The notes under the pieces were generated by a model that saw only the letters and a program-made list of their open reading frames with translations, searched no databases and was not told the origin of the DNA. A program made the position numbers and the translations under genes. From the IMG/VR virus record IMGVR_UViG_3300027712_000027: 64,000 nucleotides of DNA; one strand, 5' to 3'. Below are positions 7,841-19,179 of this stretch, piece after piece; position 1 is the first letter of the stretch, and each line of letters begins with the position of its first letter. This DNA is from an uncultured virus (IMG/VR IMGVR_UViG_3300027712_000027) (Duplodnaviria; Heunggongvirae; Uroviricota; Caudoviricetes).

Positions 7841-10581
7841 AGCTGCATCGCCAATGCTCTAAGATCGTTAAGTAATGGAGCTGCCGAACTATCATCCGAC
7901 TGCAAAATAATTTTAATTTGGAAACGTTTAAAATTCGTATACAGGTTGTTATTTTTATTAAGATAAGTTAAACCGCCTGTTGTGCGAATATATGCATTAG
8001 CACCAGAAGCAGTAGAAGACCATGGTGTACCAACACTGAGTGATGTAGAGTTAGTTATGTTAGTAATTTTTTGTTCATCACCATTAACCAAAATAGTAGT
8101 TCTTGGAAGAAGAACAGTGAAGTTGGTATTAGTTCCAGTGATAATATTAGAAACATTACTTACGCTCACTGTGGCATTTGAACCATTGGCAGCAAAAAGC
8201 TGTTTCTGATTATTTGCTGCCATATACGCAGTAGTTGGTGGTGGCACAAGAAAGTAAGCGTTTGTAGTATAGTTACCATTAAATGCAGAATCAAGAACAA
8301 GAGAAGTGCTATTTGTAATAGAAACAACTTGACGAGTGGTTTCACTGAATGTCGCATTAGCTCTCATGTTAATGAACCAGCCTGGAGATAATTCAGTCGT
8401 AAAATTAGTTCCAATACCGGTAACTGTTGTTGTGCTATTCGCAACTGTGATAGTGCCAGTTGTTGGTATCATACCAAAACCGATTGGTGTTGTGAATACA
8501 TATTCTCTAAAATCATCTGGATTGCTTGGATCACTATACAGCGTATTGCTTTTGTTGATCAAAGGAGTCCAAGTTTTTTGTGAAATAGGATCAGTATCTT
8601 CACCGTTAAGAAATTTTACCCAAACTTGGATATCTGTTGAATTTGGGCGGAAAGCAGTAAGAATAACCTGAAGATCCTGAGCGTCTTGACCATCAGCTAG
8701 TGTAACAATTTGTGAAATATATTTTGTTTTTGCAGGACCATTTGATAAAAATTCTTGGTAATTGAACTCAACAGGATCAATTTCATTACCAATAACAAGC
8801 TGATTATATTTTACCAAGTCTATCAATGGCGATAGGTAATCAGAGTCAGTTGTCATAGTCGCATGAATCGTCATAGATTTGGCATTCGCCATTAAAGCAT
8901 TTTCAATAGAACGACTTGCAACTATTCTTTCTGAATCAAGAAACTCGGTGTCATAACCTGGAGTTATTTTATATTCTGAACTATTGACAACATATGCATT
9001 AGAAGTTCCAGTATAATTGAATGTTAAACTTGTACCACCCGGAACAAGAGTAGCAAATTGCGGAACTAAAGCATTAACACGTGGATTGTGAAGAGCCAAC
9101 GTATTAGCCCATGCAACTATTGTAGCAGCGTTTGGAGTAATAGCGGTCGCATTAACGAATCTGTGAACCTGGATAAACGAATTATTTGTAAAATTACCAG
9201 TCGAATTATCAATGTATAAAATACCTTTATCAGTGTTATAGTAATTTAAAATTCCACTGATGCTAGTATTTACCGTTGCAATTGAATTACTTGTTGCCTG
9301 AAAAATATAATCTCCTGGCAAAATACCCATTGAAGTATTAGAATAAGCAATATTATATGGTGTTAAATAATCAGTGTTTGAATTATAAAAATATGCTTCA
9401 CCGCTATTGTTAGCGAATTTTGCTCTATTCAAACGAAATTTAATATATTCAGTTTGTAGAGCGGTCCACTGGCTCATAGTGGCGCCATAAAATGCAGTAC
9501 CGATTGTTGGTTGGCTGAATACTTGATAACCAGTCGCTAAATCGATATCGCCTAAATTTGCACTGTAAACATAATAGTCTGGGTCATTTGCATCTGGCTT
9601 AACAATGAAAGCGTATTCTTTTCCATTATTTAAAAATACTGGCGATTCAAATTTAAAATTAGTTGCAACCGAAGAATCTTCACTAACATTAATACTACCA
9701 TAATTTAAGTGTACTGTTGAAAATGGAAGAATAGCATTACCATTTGGATAACCATTATCGATTTCACAAAGATAAACTGTAACACCATTTGTACCAATTA
9801 ATGATTTTTGTTTAAAGAAAATATCAAGCGATGTTGCATAAATACCAGCTTCACCTTCTGGTGTATTGATAGTAAGACCCTGTGCGATAGGTTCGTAAAA
9901 TGCTGTAACATCAATAATATCTTTTATACGTGTGATGGTTACATTGGTGTTTGTGGTAACAACTGTATTAGAAATAGGTACATATGAAAGTACTGGATTA
10001 ACAGTAGTCATTGTAACTGTTTTTTTAGTAACATTTAAGTTAGATGCAGTAAAATGTGCCGAAGAAATCGTTGAAAATGCATCATTACCAAGGGCTAAAC
10101 TTTCAACATCGGATATTTGAAGTAAACGATCGCCCGATTTGAAAGTAGCGGCTGGAATATTAAACCAACCAGAAACTTGGCCATTATCATCCGTATTGAT
10201 AGGGTCGCCATAATTACCATTTTTAGCAATAGAGCGATAATCAGAAGTATCCGCAACAGAAGCAGGGATAATACCAGGAGCACAATATTGATCAACATTT
10301 ACGCCATCAAAAAAGATATGCATCTGATGATTCGGGCGCATATTATATGCATAAAATGCAATAATTCGCGGAGCAATGTATGGTTGAATTGATACGTCAG
10401 TAACAAAATCGCCAATAGCAATAGTATTGGCCTGAGTATCAACAACTATTTTTGTGCCAGTTTGCGTCGCAACCGTAGTTGAAACAGTAGTCGTCGTGTT
10501 TGTGCCCGTACCTGTTGCTGCTGGAAGCTGGTCATTTTGGTCCTGATCTTTGTTGGGACCATTGTTATCTAATTTAGCCAA
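7837..10581 (-). CDS. DUF4815/VrlC-like virion structural protein, C-terminal part
   Basis: PIAQ...TSLDIFF...NGYP...ATNFKFESPVFL...EYAF; ends FKRFQIKIIL...LRALAMQL; TTG start with AGGAG. Confidence 0.75.
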   Translation of the reverse strand: MAKLDNNGPNKDQDQNDQLPAATGTGTNTTTTVSTTVATQTGTKIVVDTQANTIAIGDFVTDVSIQPYIAPRIIAFYAYNMRPNHQMHIFFDGVNVDQYCAPGIIPASVADTSDYRSIAKNGNYGDPINTDDNGQVSGWFNIPAATFKSGDRLLQISDVESLALGNDAFSTISSAHFTASNLNVTKKTVTMTTVNPVLSYVPISNTVVTTNTNVTITRIKDIIDVTAFYEPIAQGLTINTPEGEAGIYATSLDIFFKQKSLIGTNGVTVYLCEIDNGYPNGNAILPFSTVHLNYGSINVSEDSSVATNFKFESPVFLNNGKEYAFIVKPDANDPDYYVYSANLGDIDLATGYQVFSQPTIGTAFYGATMSQWTALQTEYIKFRLNRAKFANNSGEAYFYNSNTDYLTPYNIAYSNTSMGILPGDYIFQATSNSIATVNTSISGILNYYNTDKGILYIDNSTGNFTNNSFIQVHRFVNATAITPNAATIVAWANTLALHNPRVNALVPQFATLVPGGTSLTFNYTGTSNAYVVNSSEYKITPGYDTEFLDSERIVASRSIENALMANAKSMTIHATMTTDSDYLSPLIDLVKYNQLVIGNEIDPVEFNYQEFLSNGPAKTKYISQIVTLADGQDAQDLQVILTAFRPNSTDIQVWVKFLNGEDTDPISQKTWTPLINKSNTLYSDPSNPDDFREYVFTTPIGFGMIPTTGTITVANSTTTVTGIGTNFTTELSPGWFINMRANATFSETTRQVVSITNSTSLVLDSAFNGNYTTNAYFLVPPPTTAYMAANNQKQLFAANGSNATVSVSNVSNIITGTNTNFTVLLPRTTILVNGDEQKITNITNSTSLSVGTPWSSTASGANAYIRTTGGLTYLNKNNNLYTNFKRFQIKIILQSDDSSAAPLLNDLRALAMQL

Positions 10582-10607
10582 TTAACTCTCCTGAATTATT
10601 TAATAAT

Positions 10608-13600
10608 TTAACCATCGCCCCATTTTAACGATAAATTACCTATGGTGTAATCATTTGGTGAATATCCAGCATTTTTAAGATAAGACCAGATATCAGCCCT
10701 GACTGCAGCTTCAGTTGTACCACCAGCAACTTTACCAAGATTTACAGCTTTACGAACTTGATTAACCACTGAATTACTTTGCGAAGTAGTAGTTGTTCTC
10801 CAGTCACCCCAAACAGAACCAAATGGACTATTTGCGAAATCTTTCCATGGTGTAGAATTATCGATAGTAATATTGAGCGAACCGGTATTAACAGTATCAC
10901 CATGGTTATCAAAAGATGGGAATAGATATAGAGTACCGTTCCAAGCAAATGCTACCAGAGCCGCACTTCTATATTTAGTAGCATACGGTTGAACTAAAAA
11001 TGCCTGTTCTGTATATGGAAGAGTTACAGATCGACCGGTCTGTTGTGTCGTTGCATTATTTGCGAACTGAATTTTTACAACTTCACGTGTAATTCGAGGT
11101 CTTGCAACACCTTTAGTGCTATCAATTGCGATAGTGTATTCTGCATCTGTTACATCGCTTAATTCAAAATTGCTAAACGGATCGACAAAAATACCGTTTT
11201 TAAATCTATCAAGACCATAAGCATCTGTAACTTTAAGGTCAGAAGCTTTCTTTTCGAGTAATGAGAGCGAAGTATAATATTCAAGATTTGTAATACGCTG
11301 ATCAAGTTTACCAATATCTTTCATGCTATAACGACGATTGGTGACAATAGTGCAGTTTATTGAAGAAGAAGTATCACGAACGAGGTTTTTTGAAAGTTTA
11401 TTGATGTTCATCATAGCATCTGTTTGATCAGAAGATAATGATGGATATGGAGGAACATTAAGAACCGCAACTGCCATCGAATTTTCAGGATATAATGGAG
11501 TTTGTGGTGAAAGTGAAGAAAGACCTTCTTTTACCTTAACAATATTATTAGGTGTAATATAAATTAAATCTTTTCTTGGAAGATAAACAGTGTAATCTGC
11601 CTGAAAATTTTGTCCATATGAAGGAACGTTTAATCCAGATCCAGTTATAAACTGTAAAGTATTGGCTGGATTAATTGATGCAGCAGCAACAGCTGCTGTA
11701 ATCGAAGCTGAGGTTGGAACATTATTTGCATCGTATGATAAATTGCCGGTATCAGTTGCCTGATTATTGGCCGATGTTCTGAAATCTACATAATCTTTAA
11801 GAGCAATTTTATTACCAGCTTCGTCAACATAAAGCGGAATATCTTTAGTTTGGATAGCAGTATTATTAGCTGTATTAGCATCGTCAATTGGATACGATTC
11901 AATAGTGAAGAACCCGATACCAGGAGCAGTATTGACGGCAAAATAATCTAATTGTACAAGAAGATATGGATTTGTTGTAGAAGTATAACTTGATTTAGGA
12001 TAGATATATCCAAGATCGTAATGTGTATCTTTCTGACCTGTATCGAAAACGAATTGCGATGTAATATCTGCATTGTTTGCGCTGTATCCAGATGATCCGC
12101 CATAAATTTTCTTAACTTGATGAATATCGCTAAACCCAAGGCACCATGGGCCGCTTGGGTTTGATGAAGTATTAATTTTTACGAAACGATCTTTCTTAAT
12201 ATCTTTTTTGGCCGGAACTGCCTGTTTTCTTTCGGTGTCGAATATAACATCGACAGGCATATTGGCGCTAGGAGCATAACCAGATACAATAGTAAAAGAT
12301 GTAGAATTGGTCACATTGACATATCCCGATGTACCAGAAGTACTCTGAATAATTGGTAAAATTTTACCTGCCAAAAAAGTTTTCTTATACTGATTACCGC
12401 TAGAGTTAGCACTGAATGCAGCATCGACTGACATAAATGTAGAATTGGTAATTGAAGTGACAGTACGAACATCAGCCCCAACTAAAATTTGATCACCAAG
12501 ACTGTATTGTGTTACGAAATTTGTACCAGCTGAACCAAGAACTGCAGTATTAGTATTATATACAGTTACAGTGTTTACACCACCACCAAGATCAGCAGTA
12601 TTTGTATTTGATGTAACAATAAGATTAAAAGTTGCTGCATTAAGATCAGATAAAATACCTGAACCATATGGAAGTTGATCTCCATTAGTTAAAGTAAATG
12701 TTACCTGGCCTGATGTATTCATATTGTTTGAATATTTTGTACGATAGGTATACTGCGTATTATTTGTATTAGAAGCGTCACGAAGATTTTTTAAACCCTT
12801 GACACCGAAACTATACAGCTGATCCTGACTACTAGTACCAAGAAGACCAGAAGAGACAACGTCAGCTACTGATTTTTTTGTACCATTATAATATATCGAT
12901 TTAATTTTGTTGGTATTGTACCCAGCATTCATTTTAATATTAAATAAATGCAAATTATACTGTGCGGCGTTCGAACCAACAGTGCCATTTTTATATGTGA
13001 AACAACGTACAGAAGCAGTACCGATAGAATTACCAGTTGGTGTCAATGAAGAAAAAGTTCTGTTAGTAATAGCTTTCTGTGGCACATCATATAAAGTAAC
13101 TGTTTGCGCCTGTGTAAAATCTGGACTACCAGCGACTTCGTTAATAACAAGATAACCACCATAATTAAAAGTGATGATCTGTTCTTTGTTTACTTGTGTA
13201 TCAACACCACGGCGCATGTCGATGTAATATGTATTAAGAAGCTCAACACGCTGTCCTTGTGCATATCCAACGCCTGGATTAATACGACCGAATACGCCAT
13301 TGGCACCAAGGGATGGAGTTGACCCATCACCACGATCTGATACAGAATCTACAGCGAATGGATTAACTACGTAATTACCTGATTCTTCATATACACGTTT
13401 AGCGATTGCATCGCCTACGATAGAATATAAGTTAGATGAAGATAATGATTTAGTAACCATATTACCCATATTATATGTGGAAATAGGATTAAAATTATTA
13501 GCGTATGTATTTGCTTGTATCGTATTGGCAGGATCGAAAGAAACAAGAGTAGGAATAATTTTTAAACGATGTGCACCGGGAGCATTTTCATTCGAATATC

Positions 13601-14363
13601 CCAAAGCGTTATCAGCAAGAGTAGGATCTTGATTTTCAGTAACGATTGATTCAACGCCCTGGAAACCAATAACATTGTTACCAGCATTTGTTCCGAAATT
13701 ATTGACAACACCAAACGTTGGTGTCAGAACTTTTACGAAATTACCATTAAGAAAAACTACGCCTTCCGAAACAGAAATACCATGAGCGTTACCACATGTA
13801 GTTTGATTTGCAACACTGTTAGCATATGTCTTGATAACCGCAACAGTATCAGCAGTAGCATTACCAGTTTGTGGAACTTTATAAAAAGTTAGTGATTCGT
13901 TATTCGAGAATGATGTAATATTATTTGTTGTGGCATTCGAACCTGTACCAAGATACTGTACGTATATAACCATAGTATTTGGATAGTTGGTTGAAAGACC
14001 TGGAGCCGCGAAAAGAACACGAGCATTAAGACCAGAATTAGAAACTGCCTGTGTGCCAACTAGATTAGCAATATCGTATCCACCGATACTAGTAGCAATA
14101 CCAACGCTATTCGATGCGAAATCAGCAAGTCGAATATATGGAAGAATTGGCACGTCGCTGATTGAACAACCAGAAACAATATCACCATTACGGAACGCCC
14201 AATTACCAAAGCTTTCAATTTGATTTTGAAGAGTCGATTGAACCTGTGTTAGTTCTCGAGCCTGAATAGCCGTTGCTGGTCTGAAAAGGATACGATAATA
14301 CTGATTATTGGCATCGAAATCGTCAAAATAGGGAGTTGTATTTAAATCTGTATTAAGTGGCAT
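10608..14363 (-). CDS. DUF4815/VrlC-like virion structural protein, N-terminal part
   Basis: DLNTTPYFDDFD...YRILFRP..IQARELTQ; APGAHRLKI; RRYSMKDIGKLDQRITNLEYYTSLSLLE; DRFKNGIFVDPF. Confidence 0.8.
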   Translation of the reverse strand: MPLNTDLNTTPYFDDFDANNQYYRILFRPATAIQARELTQVQSTLQNQIESFGNWAFRNGDIVSGCSISDVPILPYIRLADFASNSVGIATSIGGYDIANLVGTQAVSNSGLNARVLFAAPGLSTNYPNTMVIYVQYLGTGSNATTNNITSFSNNESLTFYKVPQTGNATADTVAVIKTYANSVANQTTCGNAHGISVSEGVVFLNGNFVKVLTPTFGVVNNFGTNAGNNVIGFQGVESIVTENQDPTLADNALGYSNENAPGAHRLKIIPTLVSFDPANTIQANTYANNFNPISTYNMGNMVTKSLSSSNLYSIVGDAIAKRVYEESGNYVVNPFAVDSVSDRGDGSTPSLGANGVFGRINPGVGYAQGQRVELLNTYYIDMRRGVDTQVNKEQIITFNYGGYLVINEVAGSPDFTQAQTVTLYDVPQKAITNRTFSSLTPTGNSIGTASVRCFTYKNGTVGSNAAQYNLHLFNIKMNAGYNTNKIKSIYYNGTKKSVADVVSSGLLGTSSQDQLYSFGVKGLKNLRDASNTNNTQYTYRTKYSNNMNTSGQVTFTLTNGDQLPYGSGILSDLNAATFNLIVTSNTNTADLGGGVNTVTVYNTNTAVLGSAGTNFVTQYSLGDQILVGADVRTVTSITNSTFMSVDAAFSANSSGNQYKKTFLAGKILPIIQSTSGTSGYVNVTNSTSFTIVSGYAPSANMPVDVIFDTERKQAVPAKKDIKKDRFVKINTSSNPSGPWCLGFSDIHQVKKIYGGSSGYSANNADITSQFVFDTGQKDTHYDLGYIYPKSSYTSTTNPYLLVQLDYFAVNTAPGIGFFTIESYPIDDANTANNTAIQTKDIPLYVDEAGNKIALKDYVDFRTSANNQATDTGNLSYDANNVPTSASITAAVAAASINPANTLQFITGSGLNVPSYGQNFQADYTVYLPRKDLIYITPNNIVKVKEGLSSLSPQTPLYPENSMAVAVLNVPPYPSLSSDQTDAMMNINKLSKNLVRDTSSSINCTIVTNRRYSMKDIGKLDQRITNLEYYTSLSLLEKKASDLKVTDAYGLDRFKNGIFVDPFSNFELSDVTDAEYTIAIDSTKGVARPRITREVVKIQFANNATTQQTGRSVTLPYTEQAFLVQPYATKYRSAALVAFAWNGTLYLFPSFDNHGDTVNTGSLNITIDNSTPWKDFANSPFGSVWGDWRTTTTSQSNSVVNQVRKAVNLGKVAGGTTEAAVRADIWSYLKNAGYSPNDYTIGNLSLKWGDG

Positions 14364-14376
14364 CTTTTGTCCCTAA

Positions 14377-15897
14377 TTAAATTTGGATTATCAGCTTAAA
14401 GGCTTCATTTTGAGTGTTAGTTCTTGTAACAGTGTCAATAGTTTGCACATAAAGCGGTTTTATATTTTTGGTATAAACATCGCCAAGTGTATTTATAACT
14501 AATGTCGTAGTAACTGAACCATTGCTACTAGTGATATATTCGTTATTAGAAAAATTCTTATCGCCAGTTAAATATACTGTAGACGTGTTACAAAATACGA
14601 CTGTACCAATTGCACCGCTTGTATTACCATTAACAGTATCACCGACAGCAAATAAAGAACTTAATACTGGCGATAAAGTAGCTTTCAAAACTTCACTAAA
14701 AACGTTTGCTGAATATCTAGTGCTTTTGGCACCAGTCGTAGTCATACTGTAAGGATTTTTAATTAACCCAATTCTATTGTATGAAGAATTCGTAATAATA
14801 GTATTTGATTCAGAATTTGCAAACCTAAAATTGATTGCCATACCTTGAACAAACAATTCACTGGCGGGATCAGAACCATGACCACCGATAGGTGGAACAA
14901 TAGCCTGAAGATTTGCACCAGTTCCATAATTAGAATTACTCACAACGGTAACATTTGCCCATGTAATATTCGAGCCACTAGTGATAATAATAACATTCGC
15001 AATACTATTTGAAAATGTATTCATTACTGCATATGCTTGTGGGTCATTTGTGCCATCAGAATTAAATTTAATTCTTGGAGAAATAATATAATTTGTTACA
15101 CCTGCCTGGACAATTGAAGTATTTGGTACACCATCAACATATATCCATCTACCGGAACTATTTGATACGTAATTATTAACTATTAATAATTGAGAAGAAG
15201 ATGGTGTATTGTTATTTATGAGGTAAATAGCATTGTCGTTATAATATGTATTTGTTGCAACAGCTGTTGAATCAATTTGAATTAAACTGGTATTTACAAA
15301 TTGTACAATGCCGTTATGATATGCATTATATCCTACACCACTATTAGAAATTATGACATTGTCGACACCACTATTAATAGTAGCTGATGCCACTATAGAA
15401 TTATTTGGATAAATTGGGAAATATTTTTCAGTTGCAAACCGATTATATACTGCCGAGCTTATTGTTGTGATATATTTCCATTTATAGTTATCTGCTGTTT
15501 GGAATGTTTCTGCCTGAGTTGGTAATGCTACCGAACTTGGATTTGAAATAGAACTCGAACCATTTGCATTATCCATACATTTATAGATATGATAATACCC
15601 ACCAGTTTGGGCGATAGCATAAAAATCAGAATTAGCAAGATTTGTATGATTATCATAAATGTCATATACGGTATTTGTAGTCCACATTTTGGTAGAAATA
15701 ACGGGAATAACATCACCAGCGCCGAGCTTTTTACCAAAAACAGTTTGCCATCCATTAATAAAATTGTCATCAGACGTTATAGAAGGCGTATTTCCAGAAA
15801 ACGCAGCGAATGCATAATATTGAGAAGTGTTACTACTGATGCTAGTAGTAATTTCATCAATAATAGCAGTTTTAAAAGTTGGTAATAATTTTCCCAT
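14377..15897 (-). CDS. Baseplate wedge subunit (gp8-like)
   Basis: W...TVYD.YD, YKCMDN, DNYKWKY, PIGGHGSDP motifs. Confidence 0.8.
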   Translation of the reverse strand: MGKLLPTFKTAIIDEITTSISSNTSQYYAFAAFSGNTPSITSDDNFINGWQTVFGKKLGAGDVIPVISTKMWTTNTVYDIYDNHTNLANSDFYAIAQTGGYYHIYKCMDNANGSSSISNPSSVALPTQAETFQTADNYKWKYITTISSAVYNRFATEKYFPIYPNNSIVASATINSGVDNVIISNSGVGYNAYHNGIVQFVNTSLIQIDSTAVATNTYYNDNAIYLINNNTPSSSQLLIVNNYVSNSSGRWIYVDGVPNTSIVQAGVTNYIISPRIKFNSDGTNDPQAYAVMNTFSNSIANVIIITSGSNITWANVTVVSNSNYGTGANLQAIVPPIGGHGSDPASELFVQGMAINFRFANSESNTIITNSSYNRIGLIKNPYSMTTTGAKSTRYSANVFSEVLKATLSPVLSSLFAVGDTVNGNTSGAIGTVVFCNTSTVYLTGDKNFSNNEYITSSNGSVTTTLVINTLGDVYTKNIKPLYVQTIDTVTRTNTQNEAFKLIIQI

Positions 15898-15906
15898 TTT
15901 TAATCC

Positions 15907-16890
15907 TTACGAGCCAATCGCTGTCCAGTTTACAAGAGCGCCAGTTGTGGCGTTTGCTGATCTAATAGAAATAACTGTGCTATTGACACCATTAATATAT
16001 GCAATGCTACCATTCGTTGCAGCTGTGCTGTTTGCTGCAGTTAAACTGATACTATATGCGTTAGTAGTATATGGAACAGTAAATGTTACGTTTGCGGATG
16101 AAGTATTGGCAATAACTTGACCCCATTGCATAATCAAACCATTTGGCAAATATGTATAACCGTTATTGGCAACTTTTGATGAAGATCCAAGATTTAAATT
16201 GGTATTTGCAATGTAAACATTAGCAGAAACAGAAAAAGTTCCTGTGACGGATAACGTATTAGCAGGAGTAGTGTTACCAATACCGATATTACCGTTTCCG
16301 GAAATACGCATTCTTTCATTGGCTGCTAATGTTCCATTACTATGGAAAATTACAGAACCGTTATTGGCAGCAGTACCAATAATTAAATTGCTATTAGATG
16401 AGTAAAGATAAGCATCTAATGCACCAGAAATAGTATAATTTGTATTAGAATATGTTGAACTGTTAATACCTAGGTCTACGTAATTAACAGAATCGTTACC
16501 AGTATCAGCAGTAATTACCAAATCGCCAGTGGCTTGAACTCCACTATTTGCATTTTGAATTACAGATTGCACATAAGTGTTTTGCGATGCATCAATTTCG
16601 ATAGATGCGAGCGAACCAAAATTATAGCCAACAGCATTTCCGACCTGCAATTTTGTCGTTATATTAATATTATTAACAGTAGCGTTTGATGTAACAGTAA
16701 GGTTATTCGATGTCGTATTTGCCGCAACAGTAAAATTATTAACTGCCGTAGCGTTGTTAGACGCTAGTGTGAAAGACAAGCCCGAATAAACTTCGGCAAA
16801 ATTGTTTACCACTTTCGTCATGGCTGTGCGAAGTGGATCGCCTGTTCCGTCATTTGGACTAGTACCGATATTAATGATTTGCTGCGCCAT
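15907..16890 (-). CDS. Baseplate/tail-fibre connector-like protein (gp9/gp10-type N-terminus)
   Basis: INIGTSPNDGTGDPLRTAMTKVVNNFAEVY; C-terminal GYTYLPNGLIMQWG fibre-tip domain. Confidence 0.7.
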   Translation of the reverse strand: MAQQIINIGTSPNDGTGDPLRTAMTKVVNNFAEVYSGLSFTLASNNATAVNNFTVAANTTSNNLTVTSNATVNNINITTKLQVGNAVGYNFGSLASIEIDASQNTYVQSVIQNANSGVQATGDLVITADTGNDSVNYVDLGINSSTYSNTNYTISGALDAYLYSSNSNLIIGTAANNGSVIFHSNGTLAANERMRISGNGNIGIGNTTPANTLSVTGTFSVSANVYIANTNLNLGSSSKVANNGYTYLPNGLIMQWGQVIANTSSANVTFTVPYTTNAYSISLTAANSTAATNGSIAYINGVNSTVISIRSANATTGALVNWTAIGS

Positions 16891-16905
16891 AGTAAGTTAA
16901 ATCCT

Positions 16906-19170
16906 TTAGTATGTTGTTAAATCTGATCTGTAAAGAGTACTATCTGCGGTTAGGTATGTGCTGTCAGAAGTAATCATTGGGTCATAGAGATCATCAACAG
17001 TAATTAATGTGTTATCCGAAGTATATAATGTACTATCGGACATGATATTGAATATTGCAGCAGATGACTCGTTCAATATTCCAACTAAAGATGATTCACG
17101 AATTGTTTTGAAGAACTCGCCAAATAATTCAGAACCGGCAGTGTGGAAAGTAGTATATAAAATGTTTTTATATTTATCAAGAGTTGATGCAGTACGAATT
17201 TGATACGAATAATCTTGGTAAAAATAGCTATCCTGTATATATTTATCCGAGTTCATAAACCCTCTGGTTGTTGACCAGTAACCTACGTCTCTACCAATAC
17301 CAGATTTTACCACTTTACCTTGAATAAGATTGGTTGTATCAAATTCTTGAATAGTTGAAGTTAATGATGCACCAGTACCATTTGTCGTATTAACAGTTAT
17401 TGTTGGGATATTAAAATACCCCGATCCAGTGTATGTTAACACTGATGCTGTAATACCACCTATACTATTTGTAGTTACATACCCAACGGCGATAGAATTA
17501 TAACCACCACCGGTAAATACTAATTTATCGTTATTGGCATACCCTAAACCACCAGATAATATTTCTGGTGTCGTTAATACATTATAACGATAAGCATTAA
17601 CAAATTCATTGTCGATATACCCTTTACCTGAACCAATAGCAGTTACTGCTGCAACAATATTATTACCACTAGACGGTAAAGCTGTGATAATTTCATTTTT
17701 ACCATTAATAGTAGCATCAGAACGAACCATTTCAGGATCGTAAAGAGCAAAATTAGAAGGTAATATTACAGGGGCTGCTTTAAAAGCAGCTACTGTATTC
17801 GAATATTTTGGTGGTCCGTAAAGAATAATACTAGTTGAATTGGTAACTGATTTTATAACTTGATAATCAGTCGTAATACTATTTGCTTGTAGAGCAATAA
17901 CATCGTTTGCAGAAAAATAATAATTGAAATTAGTTCCCGTTCCTGTAATAGTATTAGAGCTTGTTGACATATTAACTGTGCCCGTCAAAGTTTTTGAAAG
18001 TTGTGTTGAACGAACAAAAACGTACGGAGCTTGTGAATAACCATTACCTGTGAATATATCTGTTAATGTTGCGATAGTACCAAATGCACCATTAGTATAT
18101 GCTAAAGAAGGAACAATTCGAGAAGCTGAATTTGCAGAAGTATTTGATGGTAATCCATAAGTGGAAGAGTTAATTGGCAAACTAGCATAATCGCAAATTA
18201 AATCAGTATTATATGATATGTTTCTGATGTAAGATCTATTTCCTACTGAAAACAAAGCCCCATTACCAGTCGTATCACCAGTACCATTATACACAAAAAC
18301 TTTAGTATTACTTAAATATCCAAATCCACCTTCGACAAGGTTAAAATTAATTGATCCTTGACCACGTGCTACTTGTGTAACTCTTAATCTTCCATTTGTA
18401 CCAGTTGCAATTATTTGAGAAACATTTGATACGCTATAATGCGCAATTTTAAGAATATCACCTTGTTGAAAATTTTGACCACCATTTTCAATTTTAAGAT
18501 AATCTAATGATCCAAGAATAACGGGTGCTGTAGAAATATCATTTGCTGATCTTTTTCCATCGACGATAATTTTTTCGCCTTGGATAAACAAACCTCCAAA
18601 TGGCGAGATATTAGTAATCGTAAAAGTAGAAACAATTCCTTGGTTAATTGGTTCTTTTACGAAATTTTCAACAATAGCCGATGTGCCCGATGTGACACCG
18701 AAAATTTTATTACCAACAAAAGATTCGAGATTACCATTATCGTTAATTTCAAGATATTTTGGCTGCACCCATGTTCCATCAGAAGCTTTAAGTATATCTT
18801 CGCCAGGAAGATATACTTCAACATCTTGATTATATATAAGTTTGAATAATAGTTTATAACACTGTATAGAACCTTTTGATCGATAAACGTCAAGTATATG
18901 TTTTAATAGAAATCGTTTGTTAACGATAACATCGAATGGTATACCGTACAAATATTTGGTTTGAAAATGCTCAAGAAAATCATCGAGAGTAGAGTCGATA
19001 TCTCTATAATCTAATAATGTACGAGCTTCCCCAACAGGACCACCTGAAGATTCCATCCACTCATAATATGCTTTGGCAAATAGAATAAAGTTTTCACCTT
19101 CCTCATGGTAAAATTGAGGAAACTGATTCGCAATAAAATTCGAAATCTTTTTTTCTATGGAAAAATGCAT
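16906..19170 (-). CDS. Baseplate wedge initiator (gp7-like)
   Basis: QFPQF...F.KAYYEWME, YRSKGS, IQDSYFYQDYSY...H.AG motifs. Confidence 0.75.
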   Translation of the reverse strand: MHFSIEKKISNFIANQFPQFYHEEGENFILFAKAYYEWMESSGGPVGEARTLLDYRDIDSTLDDFLEHFQTKYLYGIPFDVIVNKRFLLKHILDVYRSKGSIQCYKLLFKLIYNQDVEVYLPGEDILKASDGTWVQPKYLEINDNGNLESFVGNKIFGVTSGTSAIVENFVKEPINQGIVSTFTITNISPFGGLFIQGEKIIVDGKRSANDISTAPVILGSLDYLKIENGGQNFQQGDILKIAHYSVSNVSQIIATGTNGRLRVTQVARGQGSINFNLVEGGFGYLSNTKVFVYNGTGDTTGNGALFSVGNRSYIRNISYNTDLICDYASLPINSSTYGLPSNTSANSASRIVPSLAYTNGAFGTIATLTDIFTGNGYSQAPYVFVRSTQLSKTLTGTVNMSTSSNTITGTGTNFNYYFSANDVIALQANSITTDYQVIKSVTNSTSIILYGPPKYSNTVAAFKAAPVILPSNFALYDPEMVRSDATINGKNEIITALPSSGNNIVAAVTAIGSGKGYIDNEFVNAYRYNVLTTPEILSGGLGYANNDKLVFTGGGYNSIAVGYVTTNSIGGITASVLTYTGSGYFNIPTITVNTTNGTGASLTSTIQEFDTTNLIQGKVVKSGIGRDVGYWSTTRGFMNSDKYIQDSYFYQDYSYQIRTASTLDKYKNILYTTFHTAGSELFGEFFKTIRESSLVGILNESSAAIFNIMSDSTLYTSDNTLITVDDLYDPMITSDSTYLTADSTLYRSDLTTY

Positions 19171-19179
19171 TTTATTACT

